This document shows positions 27,763 through 37,721 of a DNA stretch of 64,000 nucleotides, in pieces. The stretch lies in NCBI GenBank assembly GCA_965221805.1, contig OZ244913.1:345724-409723 (forward strand), written 5' to 3'. This DNA comes from an uncultured Pseudohongiella sp. (GTDB lineage Bacteria > Pseudomonadota > Gammaproteobacteria > Pseudomonadales > Pseudohongiellaceae). The stretch's first letter is position 1; every line of letters begins with the position of its first letter. The position numbers and the translations under genes were made by a program. The notes under the pieces were generated by a model that was not told the DNA's origin, did no database searches, and saw nothing but the letters and a program-made list of their open reading frames with translations.

Positions 27763-28322
27763 GGCAGAAAATCGTCAGTCCCCAATCCCAAAATTGCCTC
27801 TATCCTATGAACATCCACCAGCCACCGCTGCCCTACGAAAACCCCAGCTTTCGCAAGCCAAAGCCGCATAATGCTTGGGTGCTTGCCTCCAGATGGGTAA
27901 TGGATGCCGCGGGCGGCCAATCCATCACGGAGCGAAGTGAGATTGACAATCTCTCCAGCTGCCACCATGTCTTGGATACAATGCACCATCGTCATGCCAT
28001 GGAGACTCACAAGGATGTGCCTTGCAAGACGTTCATATAACGCATCTTCGTCCGATCTGACTCCGAACAGCTCATAGCCAAATCTCGTCAGGTTCGCTGC
28101 ACGATCAATGATCCCGTATGCAGTCATGCCGAGCTTGGTGTTGTTCGCAAGTTTGCTGCGGTTGTGGTCAGTGGTATTGTGTCCCTCGAACCAAGCCACC
28201 CGGATGGCTTTTTCGAATGCGCGCCAGTCCCCGCCGTGAGCATGCGCAAGCTCCAGCGCTTTCGGGAGTTCGATCTGGGACGGAGAAAACTCGCTGCCGA
28301 AAGGTAGATCGCTCTTTTTCAC
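27675..28322 (-). CDS. hypothetical protein, possibly the detached N-terminal part of the endonuclease
   Basis: The AT-rich part of track ORF 27675..28976, taken from the GTG at 28322 (AGGAGG upstream). The track ORF's upstream extension is antisense to rph. 215 aa. No family recognised. Confidence 0.5.
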   Translation of the reverse strand: MKKSDLPFGSEFSPSQIELPKALELAHAHGGDWRAFEKAIRVAWFEGHNTTDHNRSKLANNTKLGMTAYGIIDRAANLTRFGYELFGVRSDEDALYERLARHILVSLHGMTMVHCIQDMVAAGEIVNLTSLRDGLAARGIHYPSGGKHPSIMRLWLAKAGVFVGQRWLVDVHRIEAILGLGTDDFLPWPICLMNRGRFFAHLPTQAAWSRKEQTR

Positions 28323-28505
28323 CGCTGGCCCGGCCAGCCTCCTAATCAATCTGCGCGCAATCGAGCGAAAGCGCCATTTGCTGTCTAACAATAATAGTAG
28401 GCGAAATAGGCGCAAACGGGTAGGAATTCGCTCAAAATTTTCAGTGCTCGCAAATGCGGGGTGCCTGCGGGATAATGCGCGGGTTTGCGGCGATGGATGG
28501 ATTTC

Positions 28506-29240
28506 ATGAGCGACACGACGCGGGCCGATGGAAGAGATGCCGGTCAATTGCGGCCGGTTTTGCTGCGGCGGCGTTACACGCGGCATGCCGAGGGCTCGGT
28601 GCTTGCCGAATTCGGCGAAACCCGGGTGCTTTGCACGGCCAGTGTGGAGACTTCGGTGCCGTCGTTTTTGCGTGGCGGCGGCCGGGGTTGGATCACCGCC
28701 GAATACGGGATGCTGCCGCGCTCGACCGGGACGCGCAACGACCGCGAGGCGGTGCGGGGGCGGCAAGGCGGCAGAACCATGGAAATCCAGCGGCTGATCG
28801 GCCGGGCGCTGCGCGCCGCGGTGGATTTGTCCCGCCTCGGTGAAAACACCATCAAGATCGATTGCGATGTGATCCAGGCCGACGGCGGCACCCGCACCGC
28901 GGCGATCACCGGCGCCTGCGTGGCGCTCGCCGACGCTCTCGACCACCTGCTCGCCCGGCGCAAGATCAAACAGCATCCGCTGCGCCAGTTGGTGGCGGCG
29001 GTTTCGGTGGGGCTGTGCGAAGGCCGGGCGCTGCTCGACCTCGACTACGCCGAGGATTCCACCGCCGAAACCGACCTCAATGTGGTGATGACCGAGAGCG
29101 GCGGCCTGATCGAAGTGCAGGGCACTGCCGAGAAAGGCGACTTCAGCCGCGCCGAGCTCGACGCGATGCTCAAGCTTGCGGAAGCCGGCATCGGCGATTT
29201 GATCGGCTGCCAGCGGCGCGCGCTAGGCAGCTCTGATTAA
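28506..29240 (+). CDS. rph: ribonuclease PH
   Basis: Start taken at [39 protein letters not shown] and [15 protein letters not shown] are RNase PH signatures. Confidence 0.95.
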   Translation: MSDTTRADGRDAGQLRPVLLRRRYTRHAEGSVLAEFGETRVLCTASVETSVPSFLRGGGRGWITAEYGMLPRSTGTRNDREAVRGRQGGRTMEIQRLIGRALRAAVDLSRLGENTIKIDCDVIQADGGTRTAAITGACVALADALDHLLARRKIKQHPLRQLVAAVSVGLCEGRALLDLDYAEDSTAETDLNVVMTESGGLIEVQGTAEKGDFSRAELDAMLKLAEAGIGDLIGCQRRALGSSD

Positions 29241-29282
29241 GTCAGGGCTTCCCCGAGCATATTCAGAGGAGTCAAACCGGGC

Positions 29283-29930
29283 ATGCGGGAGTTCCAACGC
29301 CGCTTTCTCGAATTCGCCGTGGAACACGGCATCCTCCGCTTTGGCAGTTTCACCCTCAAGTCGGGCCGGGTCAGCCCGTACTTCTTCAACGCGGGGCTGT
29401 TCAACACCGGCGCCCGGCTTGCCTTCCTCGCCGAATGCTACGCCGAGGCGGCGCGCGGGTCCGGCCTCGGTTTCGACATGCTCTTCGGCCCGGCCTACAA
29501 GGGCATCCCGCTCGTCGCCGCCACCGCCATGGCGCTGCACCGCAATCACGGCCTCGACAAGGCGTATTGCTTCAACCGCAAGGAAGCCAAGGACCACGGC
29601 GAGGGCGGCAATCTCGTGGGGGCTGAGCTCGCCGGCCGGGTTTTGTTGGTTGACGATGTGATCACCGCCGGCACCGCGGTGCGGGAGGCCGCGGCGGTCA
29701 TTCGCGGCGCCGGCGCCGAATTCGCCGGCATCCTCATCGCCATGGACCGTCAGGAGCGCGGCGCGGGGGCGCTGTCGGCCATCGCCGAAATTGAACACGA
29801 GTACGGTGTCCGCGTGGTCAGCGTGGTGAACCTGCGCGATGTGATCGACTATCTCGCCGCCGGGGAAAATGCGCAACTGCGCTCACATGCCGCCGCCGTT
29901 AAAGCCTACCGCGACTGCTACGGGGCCTAG
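29283..29930 (+). CDS. pyrE: orotate phosphoribosyltransferase
   Basis: 215-aa ORF with [17 protein letters not shown] and PRPP motif [13 protein letters not shown]. Confidence 0.95.
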   Translation: MREFQRRFLEFAVEHGILRFGSFTLKSGRVSPYFFNAGLFNTGARLAFLAECYAEAARGSGLGFDMLFGPAYKGIPLVAATAMALHRNHGLDKAYCFNRKEAKDHGEGGNLVGAELAGRVLLVDDVITAGTAVREAAAVIRGAGAEFAGILIAMDRQERGAGALSAIAEIEHEYGVRVVSVVNLRDVIDYLAAGENAQLRSHAAAVKAYRDCYGA

Positions 29931-30246
29931 GGGCCCGCGCCGCAGGCTCCTAGCCTCCTAGCGCCCGCCCAGCCGCTCGCAGCGGTTTGCGAGGTTTCAG
30001 TATTTGCCTTCATCGCGCCAATCAAGTTATGGTTTGGGGTGTCCCGCATCGGCTGGGCGGCAGAAGGCTGTGAGTGAGCGCAAAATCCTTCAATGAAGAG
30101 CTTCGGACGGTGCCGGACGGCGACTTGAGTCCTACATCGCGCCAGCGAGGCGGCATGTTACTAGGGCCTGTTAACACTAGATAAGGATTTCATGTTATCC
30201 TACCCCGCATTGTTTTTCACCACAAAAGTGGAGGATGATCAACAGC

Positions 30247-31004
30247 ATGGAAATCACCGAAGCGCAATTCAAACGGATCGCCCCATTGCTTCCCAAGCAG
30301 CGCGGGAACGTCAGTCTGCCCAACCTGCGGGTGCTCAACGCGATTCTCCACGTGGCCGAGCACGGCTGCAAGTGGCGCGGCCTGCCGGAGCGGTTCGGCA
30401 ACTGGCACACAATCTACACGCGGATGAGCCGCTGGGCCAGGAGCGGCGTGCTCGACCGGGTGTTCGACCAACTCCAGCGCGACCAGCTGATCCGCATCAA
30501 GGTCGAGGCGCTCGGCCTGGACAGCACCAGCGTCAAGGTGCACCCGGACGGCACGGGGGCTCGAAAAAAAACGGCCCGCAATCCATCGGCAAGTCCCGCG
30601 GCGGATGGAACACCAAAATTCATATGGTTGCCGCGGATGCCCGAACAGCGGTCGCCTTCACGCTCTCCCCGGGCAACGCGCACGACGCCCCGGAGGGCCG
30701 CAAGCTCATGAGCCGGCTGGAGCGGCCCGCCGGCGCCGCGGCGCTCGTCATGGACAAGGCATATGAGGACAACGCCACCCGCCAACTGGCCCTCGACCTC
30801 GGCTTCGACCCCGTGGTGCCGCCGAAGGTCAACCGCGCCGACCCTTGGGAATACGACCGGGAGATGTACAAGCGGCGCAACGAGGTCGAGCGCCTGTTCC
30901 GGCGGCTCAAGGGCTTCCGGCGCATCTTCTCCCGCTTCGAGAAGCTCGACGTCATGTTCCTCGGCTTCATCGTGTTCGCGCTCATCGTCGAGGCGTTGCG
31001 ATAG
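30247..31004 (+). CDS. IS5/IS427-type DDE transposase made by -1 frameshift (orfA 30247-~30570 fused to orfB frame)
   Basis: orfA MEITEAQFKRIAPLLP...HGCKWRGLP. orfB WNTKIHMVAAD...VMDKAYED...YKRRNEVERLFRRLKGFRRIFSRFEKL. The frames are joined at an A8 run. Confidence 0.8.
30564..30571 (+). promoter_or_regulatory. A8 slippery tract for programmed -1 frameshifting in the transposase
   Basis: CGA AAA AAA ACG in the orfA frame can re-pair as AAA AAA AAC in the orfB frame. Typical for this IS group. Confidence 0.6.
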
Positions 31005-31050
31005 TGCTAACAGGCCCTAATACTTCTTCGGACCAGCAGCAGGTTGTGCC

Positions 31051-31341
31051 ATGCGGACAACGTTAAGCATTGACGACGATCTCGCCGCGGCGCTCAAGGC
31101 TGCGGCGCTCAGCAGCGGAATGACCTTCAAGGCTGTGGTAAACGACGCAATCCGTCGCGGCCTGCCCGCCAGCGGCAATCCCTCGGGCAAGCGGGAACGG
31201 TTTCGCGTTATCTCGGCATCGCGGGGTTTCCTGCCCGGAGTCGATCCACTCAAGCTGAATCAACTTGTTGACGACTTGGAAGTGGATGATCTCCTGACGC
31301 ACTCAGATAGCACAGATCGCGATGCTCATTCCGGACGTTAA
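31051..31341 (+). CDS. vapB: VapB-type antitoxin
   Basis: 96-aa ORF. MRTTLSIDDDLAAALKAAA...AVVNDAIRRGL is typical of actinobacterial-type VapB. Overlaps vapC by 20 nt. Confidence 0.75.
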   Translation: MRTTLSIDDDLAAALKAAALSSGMTFKAVVNDAIRRGLPASGNPSGKRERFRVISASRGFLPGVDPLKLNQLVDDLEVDDLLTHSDSTDRDAHSGR

Positions 31342-31759
31342 TCTTCTCGTCTATGCCTACAATGAAGATGCGCCGTTCCATGCGGCATCCAAAGCATGGT
31401 GGGAGACCCGGCTATCTGGCAACGAACCGATAGGGTTGTCGTGGGCGGCGATGCTCGGATTCATTCGGATTATGTCCAATCGACGAGCTTTGATTCGGCC
31501 GATGCCGCCTTTCGAGGCCGTCGGTCACTGCAGGTTGTGGCTTGCCCAGCCCAATGTCTGCCTCGTTACACCCGGCCCCGGCCACCTCGATATTCTCGCC
31601 AATTTGCTGAATGGAGAAGTTGGCTCCAACTTGGTCACTGACGCTCATTTGGCTGCCCTGGCCATCGAACATCAGGCCGAACTGCACTCCAACGACAGCG
31701 ATTTCGCTCGCTTCTCCGGATTGAAATGGCGCAACCCGGTCGCTGAAGCGGCTGGTTAG
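31322..31759 (+). CDS. vapC: PIN-domain toxin VapC
   Basis: 145-aa ORF with acidic PIN residues (MLIPDVNLLVYA, TDAHLAALAIEH, LHSNDSDFARF). Confidence 0.85.
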   Translation: MLIPDVNLLVYAYNEDAPFHAASKAWWETRLSGNEPIGLSWAAMLGFIRIMSNRRALIRPMPPFEAVGHCRLWLAQPNVCLVTPGPGHLDILANLLNGEVGSNLVTDAHLAALAIEHQAELHSNDSDFARFSGLKWRNPVAEAAG

Positions 31760-31781
31760 CCGGCATTTGCCTGAACCCGGG

Positions 31782-32693
<912 letters not shown>

Positions 32694-32701
32694 TCAGTTG
32701 T

Positions 32702-34084
32702 TCAAAACGGTGGTTGCAGCGAATCGTCGGCGCGCAGGATCAGTTCGCGGAAATCCGCCTGAATCGCCGCCAGCCTCTCCCGCGAGTCCGCCTCGAAGCG
32801 GCACAGCAGCGCCGGCGTCGTGTTGGAGGCGCGGATCAGGCCCCAGCCATCGGCGTATTCTACGCGCAGCCCGTCGATTTTGATAATTTCCGCCTCGCCA
32901 AAGTCGGCGAGCTCGATGATTCGCCCGATCAGGGCGAATTTGCGCTCGTCCGCCGCCGGCAGGCGCAGTTCCGCGGTTCGGAACCCGTCCGGCCCGCCGC
33001 CGAAGGCTTCGCTCGCCGGGCCGGGGCGGGCCGCGAGCAGCTCAGTGACCCGGGCGGCGGCGTAAATCCCGTCGTCGAAGCCAAACCAGCGGTCCTTGAT
33101 GAAGATATGCGCCGAAAGCTCGCCGCCAAGCGGGGCGCCGGTTTCCCGCATCGCCAGCTTCATGAAGGAATGCCCCGAGCGGCGCATGTGGGGCTCGCCG
33201 CCGAGTTCGCGGATGCGCCGGGGCAGGCGCTTGCCGCATTTGACATCAAAAATGATCTTCGCGCCCGGGTGGCGCGGAACGATGTCTTCCGCGAGCAGGG
33301 CGAGGATCGCTTCGGCTTCGACGATGGCGCCGGTTTCATCGACGATGCCGAGCCGGTCGCCGTCGCCGTCGAAGGCGATGCCCAAGTCCGCCCGCGCCGC
33401 CACGACTTCACGGCGCAGCGTGGCGAGATTGGCGGGTATCGTCGGGTCCGGGTGGTGGTTGGGGAAATTGCCGTCGAGTTCCGTGTGCAGGGCGATCACT
33501 TCGCAGGAAAGCCGCTTGAACAGCGCCGGAGCCACCACCGCGGCAACCGCGTTGGCGCAATCGATGACGACTTTCAGCGGCCGCGCGAGCCGCAGGTCCC
33601 CGGAGATGGCTGCCAGATAGTGCTCAAGAATCGGCAATTCCCGCAAGCGGCCCGCGCCGCTTGCGAAGTCGCCCGCTTCGGTGCGCCCGCGCAGGTGCTG
33701 GATCTGGCCGGCGCTCAGGCTCGCGCGGCGGAACACGAGCTTCATGCCATTGTAGTTGGCTGGGTTGTGGCTCGCGGTGAGCATGACGCCGGAGTCGTAG
33801 GGCGTGGTGTGGGTGGCGAAGTACAGCACCGGCGTCGGCGCCACGCCGAGGCTGGCGACATGGCAACCCGAAGCGAGAATCCCCGTGGTGAGCGCGGCGA
33901 ACAACTCCGGGCTCGACAGCCTGCCATCCCGGGCGGCGAGCAGCGTGTCGATGCCATTGGCAAGCGCTTCGCTGCCGATGGCGCTGCCGATGCGTTGCGC
34001 CACCTCCGCGCTGAGTTGTTCGCCGGCGATGCCGCGGATGTCGTAGGCCCGGAAAATCTCCGGCGGGACTGGCGGCTTGCTCAT
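32702..34084 (-). CDS. algC: phosphomannomutase/phosphoglucomutase
   Basis: 460-aa ORF with active-site TASHNPANYNGMK and metal loop FDGDGDRLG. Confidence 0.9.
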   Translation of the reverse strand: MSKPPVPPEIFRAYDIRGIAGEQLSAEVAQRIGSAIGSEALANGIDTLLAARDGRLSSPELFAALTTGILASGCHVASLGVAPTPVLYFATHTTPYDSGVMLTASHNPANYNGMKLVFRRASLSAGQIQHLRGRTEAGDFASGAGRLRELPILEHYLAAISGDLRLARPLKVVIDCANAVAAVVAPALFKRLSCEVIALHTELDGNFPNHHPDPTIPANLATLRREVVAARADLGIAFDGDGDRLGIVDETGAIVEAEAILALLAEDIVPRHPGAKIIFDVKCGKRLPRRIRELGGEPHMRRSGHSFMKLAMRETGAPLGGELSAHIFIKDRWFGFDDGIYAAARVTELLAARPGPASEAFGGGPDGFRTAELRLPAADERKFALIGRIIELADFGEAEIIKIDGLRVEYADGWGLIRASNTTPALLCRFEADSRERLAAIQADFRELILRADDSLQPPF

Positions 34085-34096
34085 CGCCCGCTGGCT

Positions 34097-35302
34097 TCAG
34101 TTGGAAACCGCCGCGGCGGCGGGCAGGCGGTCGGCGATCAAGGCGAGCATTTTTCGCGCCGCGACCTCCTTGCGCGAGCGGGGAATCTCGACCTCGCCCC
34201 CGGCGAAGATGGCGGTGGCCGCGACCTCGTCGCTGTCGAAAGTCTCGGTGGCATGATTGGCGAACAGCAAATCGAGGCCCTTGCGCTCGCGCTTCTCGCG
34301 CCCGTTGACGATCAGATCGGCGGTTTCGGCGGCAAAGCCGACGACGAATGGACGCCGCGCAAGCCGGGCGACTTCGCCGATGATGTCGGGATTGCGCACG
34401 AGTGGCAGGCGGATTTCCCGCTCGTTCTTCTTTATCTTCTGCGCCGCGGTTTGCGCCGGGCGGTAATCCGCCACCGCCGCCACCCCGATGAACACATCGG
34501 CATCGCCAATTCGCTCCAGCACCGCCGCGCGCATTTCTTCGGCGCTGACCACATCGATCCGCGCGACCCGTTCCGGCGCCGGCAGGGCGACCGGCCCGCT
34601 GACCAGACTCACCTTGGCGCCCGCGGCCGCGGCTTCGCCGGCCAGCGCGTAAGCCATCTTGCCCGAGCTGTGATTGCTCAGAAAGCGCACCGGGTCGATG
34701 GCTTCCCGGGTTGGGCCGCCGGTAATCAGCAAATGCCGGCCAGCCAATGGCCCGGCGGCGAAAAGCCCGGCGCAGGCTTCGAGCAGCTCCACCGGCTCCA
34801 GCATGCGGCCGGGACCCACATCGCCACAGGCCTGATCGCCCTCGGCGGGGCCAAACACATGCCAGGCGCGGGCGCGCAGCTCGTCCACGTTCCGCTGGGT
34901 TCCGGGGTCGGACCACATGCCCTGGTTCATCGCCGGCGCCACCGCAACGCTGGCCGGAGTCGCGAGCAGCAGCGTCGTCAATAGATCATCCGCGCGGCCG
35001 GCGGCGGCGCGGGCGAGGAAATCGGCGCTGGCCGGCGCCACCAGCACCAGATCCGCCCAGCGGGCGAGTTCGATATGCCCCATGGCGGCCTCGGCCTCCG
35101 CATCGAGCAAATCGAGATGCACCCGGTTCCCGGTCAACGCCTGCATCGTCAAGGGCGTGACAAACTCCCTCGCCGCCCGGGTCATCACCACCCGCACCCC
35201 GGCTCCCGCCTTGATCAGCAAACGGGACAATTCAGCGCACTTGTAGGCGGCGATGCCACCGGTAATCCCCAGCAGAACACGCTTGTTGGTGAGGGTGGGC
35301 AT
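34097..35302 (-). CDS. coaBC: bifunctional phosphopantothenoylcysteine decarboxylase/synthetase
   Basis: 401-aa ORF. Flavoprotein N-domain (GITGGIAAYK, PAMNQGMW) and CoaB domain (ISNHSSGKMA). Confidence 0.95.
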   Translation of the reverse strand: MPTLTNKRVLLGITGGIAAYKCAELSRLLIKAGAGVRVVMTRAAREFVTPLTMQALTGNRVHLDLLDAEAEAAMGHIELARWADLVLVAPASADFLARAAAGRADDLLTTLLLATPASVAVAPAMNQGMWSDPGTQRNVDELRARAWHVFGPAEGDQACGDVGPGRMLEPVELLEACAGLFAAGPLAGRHLLITGGPTREAIDPVRFLSNHSSGKMAYALAGEAAAAGAKVSLVSGPVALPAPERVARIDVVSAEEMRAAVLERIGDADVFIGVAAVADYRPAQTAAQKIKKNEREIRLPLVRNPDIIGEVARLARRPFVVGFAAETADLIVNGREKRERKGLDLLFANHATETFDSDEVAATAIFAGGEVEIPRSRKEVAARKMLALIADRLPAAAAVSN

Positions 35303-35323
35303 ATCGGGGGCCAGCTTCCCAGA

Positions 35324-35495
35324 GGCTCCTAGGAGCCTGCTCCGTAGGAATTCGCGAAAGCGAAAATTCGATATCGCCGCGCCCTTGGCTGATCGATTGA
35401 GGCGAATATTGACATATATTCAACGAAATCGATCAGCCAAGGGCGCGGACGGGAGCGGATTTGCAGCCGCGAATTCCTACGGCGCAGGCTCCTAG
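35324..35495. repeat. about 170-bp nested palindromic element (MITE-like or regulatory cruciform)
   Basis: Outer arms 35331-35356 / 35468-35493 (26 nt, 1 mismatch). Inner arms 35377-35398 / 35427-35448 (22 nt, perfect). AT-rich core. Left end GGCTCCTAGGAGCC is itself palindromic. Confidence 0.8.
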
Positions 35496-35635
35496 ACTAG
35501 CAGCAAGCCCCGGTCGAGGCAATTTCCGGGCCGGCCCGATTCCAACCGAAAACGCGGTGTTCCAAGAAAAGCCGACTATGCTTTTCCCGGCAGGCTCGCG
35601 GCGGGCGCTTCGCGCGCGGGGAATCGGGAAAGGCG

Positions 35636-36310
35636 ATGACGATCAAAAACTGGCCAGTGCTGGAGCGGCCCCGGGAAAAACTGTTTGAACACGGCGCCAA
35701 GAATCTAAGCGATGCCGAGCTCTTGGCGCTCTTGCTCGGCAGCGGCGGCGCGGGCCGGTCCGCCATCGACCTGGCGCGGGATCTGCTGTACCGCTTCAAC
35801 GGCCTGGCCGGCGTGCTCGCCAGCGACCTGCGGCAGATTTCCCAGGTGCCCGGAATCGGCCCGGCCAAGGCGGCGATGCTCGCGGCCATTGGCGAACTCG
35901 GCCACCGGCGGCTGTACGCCGAAGTGAAAAACCGCGACGTGCTGAGTTGTTCCGAGGCGACCCGCGAGTACTTGCGGGCGCGATTCCGCCATTGCAAGAG
36001 CGAGATATTCAGCTGCATCTTCCTGTCCAACCAGCATCATATCCTCAAGCTCGACGAGATGTTCCAGGGCACCATCGACGCCACCGTGGTCTACCCGCGG
36101 GAAATCGTCGAACGCTGCCTCGCCTACAACGCCGCGGCGGTCATCCTCGCCCACAACCATCCGTCCGGCGTGCCCGAACCAAGCCAGGCCGACATCGTCA
36201 TCACCCGCAAGCTGCGGGTGGCGCTCGAAACCATCGATGTCCGCGTCCTCGATCACATCATCGTCGGCAGCGCCACGGTGGTCTCCCTCGCCGAACGCGG
36301 ATTGTTGTAG
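35636..36310 (+). CDS. radC: RadC/YicR JAB-domain protein
   Basis: 224-aa ORF. HhH N-terminus (LSDAELLALLLGSG) and JAMM motif ILAHNHPSGVPEPSQAD. Confidence 0.9.
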   Translation: MTIKNWPVLERPREKLFEHGAKNLSDAELLALLLGSGGAGRSAIDLARDLLYRFNGLAGVLASDLRQISQVPGIGPAKAAMLAAIGELGHRRLYAEVKNRDVLSCSEATREYLRARFRHCKSEIFSCIFLSNQHHILKLDEMFQGTIDATVVYPREIVERCLAYNAAAVILAHNHPSGVPEPSQADIVITRKLRVALETIDVRVLDHIIVGSATVVSLAERGLL

Positions 36311-36379
36311 CCCATCGCCGGAACAAGCACCACATCATCCAGCAAGTGGCGGCAAGTGGCCCTGTGCCGTTACAAGCCC

Positions 36380-36408
36380 TTGACTGCAATCAAGCCGGAA
36401 GGTTAAAT
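36380..36408 (+). promoter_or_regulatory. putative sigma70 promoter of tRNA-Phe
   Basis: TTGACT (36380-36385), 17-nt spacer, TTAAAT (36403-36408), about 27 nt before the mature tRNA 5' end. Confidence 0.45.
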
Positions 36409-36434
36409 ACCGCCCTCTCCGCCCACCCGTCCCC

Positions 36435-36510
<76 letters not shown>

Positions 36511-36511
36511 A

Positions 36512-36902
36512 ACCCTTCTTGCGCGCGCCCCGCCTGGTCCGAGATCGACACGAAGCGCCGCGTCTGGAAAATCCCCGGCAGCCGCATGAGGTCCGGCGCC
36601 GAGCACCGCGTGCCGATCTCCGCCCCGGCGATGGAGAACCTCAAGCGCGCAAGCGAACTGCGCGACGGCGGCGACTTCCCCCATGCGCCGCAACCGCCCG
36701 CTGTCGGACGTTACCCTGGCCGAGCTCCTGCGCTCGACCGGCCTCGCCGACAAGGCGGCGGTGCGCGGATTCCGCTTCTCCTTCCGCGACTGGTGCGCCG
36801 AATCCGGCAAACCCCGCGAACTGGCCGAAGCCGCCCTCGCGCACACCGTCGGCGGTGTCGAGGGGGCATACTTCCGGTCGGCCCTGTTCGAGCGCAGACG
36901 GA
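36512..36902 (+). pseudogene. tyrosine integrase remnant (C-terminal third only, frameshifted)
   Basis: Frame 1: PAWSEIDTKRRVWKIPGSRMRSGAEHRVPISAPAMENL. After about 36680, another frame: VRGFRFSFRDWCAESG...AALAHTVGGVEGAYFRSALFERRR. These are P4-type integrase boxes. It starts 2 nt after the tRNA CCA. Confidence 0.7.
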
Positions 36903-37293
36903 GCGGCATCTTCAGGAAGCCCTCGAATGTGACGGCGTTGAACACCGGCGAAAAGGCGTGAACGAACTTGCCGCTGCGCAGGCTGACCGCGCCGAAGCAG
37001 GCGACGGACTGGCGCGTCGGCGCGTGGGGGACGACCGGATCCCTGTTCTCGGGCGGCACCCACGCGCGGCAACGGGTGCCATGGCGCTGGAAGTGGCATT
37101 CGTCTTGGCTCCATAGTTCAAGATCCTCCCGTTTCGCCAACTGGCGCAGTTTTTTAAACGCCTCCACGCGCGCCGGGTCGGCCTGCGCCTGCTTGATCGC
37201 GGCGCGGCTTGGTCGCTGATGCGCGAGGACGGCGTGCCGCCACCGCATGCGCCACGGTTCGGCTCGACAATTGAAACCGATCTTGCCGAACAC
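36903..37293 (-). mobile_element. IS630-family transposase fragment
   Basis: N-terminal part of track ORF 36403..37293. LELWSQDECHFQRHGTRCRAWVPPENRDPV...SVACFGAVSLRSGKFVH..NAVTFEGFL is the IS630 DDE core. It breaks off where it meets the integrase remnant. Confidence 0.6.
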
Positions 37294-37421
37294 GGTTTCG
37301 CCTTGCTGCGGGGCGCAATGGCCCTGCGGGATAAGGCGAGCGCATAGACATCGGCGCCTAGGCGCCTAGGTGCTTGGGCGCCCGGTGGCGGACGCCACCC
37401 GCCGAAACCCGCGATCCCCGC

Positions 37422-37444
37422 TTGATAGCACTTTGAATAAGTGC
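37422..37444 (+). promoter_or_regulatory. putative promoter -35 plus palindromic operator of the fitAB-like TA operon
   Basis: TTGATA followed by the palindrome GCACTTtgaatAAGTGC, about 40 nt upstream of the GTG start (SD AAGGAGG). Confidence 0.35.
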
Positions 37445-37481
37445 AATCATCCGGATTCACTTTCCACCAAGGAGGCCAACC

Positions 37482-37721
37482 GTGGCGCAAATCACCATCC
37501 GCCAGATCCCAGACGAGGTCCACCGGGCGCTGAAGTCCCAGGCCCGGGCCCAGGGGAAGAGCGCCGAGGCGCTGGCGCGAAGCCTTCTGCGGCGGGGGCT
37601 GTTCCCCGCCGGCCGCGCGCGGCCGGGCGACCTGCTCCGGTCCATCTGGAAAGACGCCGACCTCGGGGACGTCTCTTTCGGGCGCGACCGGACGCCCATC
37701 GACCCGGCGGTGTTCGAATGA
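37482..37721 (+). CDS. ribbon-helix-helix antitoxin (FitA/VapB-like)
   Basis: 79-aa ORF, GTG start after AAGGAGG. MAQITIRQIPDEVHRALKSQARAQGKSAEALARSLL is an Arc/MetJ-type RHH. Confidence 0.75.
   Translation: MAQITIRQIPDEVHRALKSQARAQGKSAEALARSLLRRGLFPAGRARPGDLLRSIWKDADLGDVSFGRDRTPIDPAVFE

Larger units (their letters stand above)
30164..31017 (+). mobile_element. IS5-family (IS427-group-like) insertion sequence
   Basis: Terminal inverted repeats GGGCCTGTTAACACTA (left) and TAGTGCTAACAGGCCC (right), flanked by TA on both sides. Two overlapping transposase frames. Confidence 0.8.

Noticed and set aside
28323-28976. Upstream extension of ORF 27675..28976
   Set aside because: This part is GC-rich, antisense to rph, and compositionally unlike the AT-rich downstream part. 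The gene was trimmed to the GTG at 28322, preceded by AGGAGG.
32714-34984. 756-aa plus-strand ORF
   Set aside because: Antisense to algC and coaBC, both of which are clearly identified. A shadow ORF.
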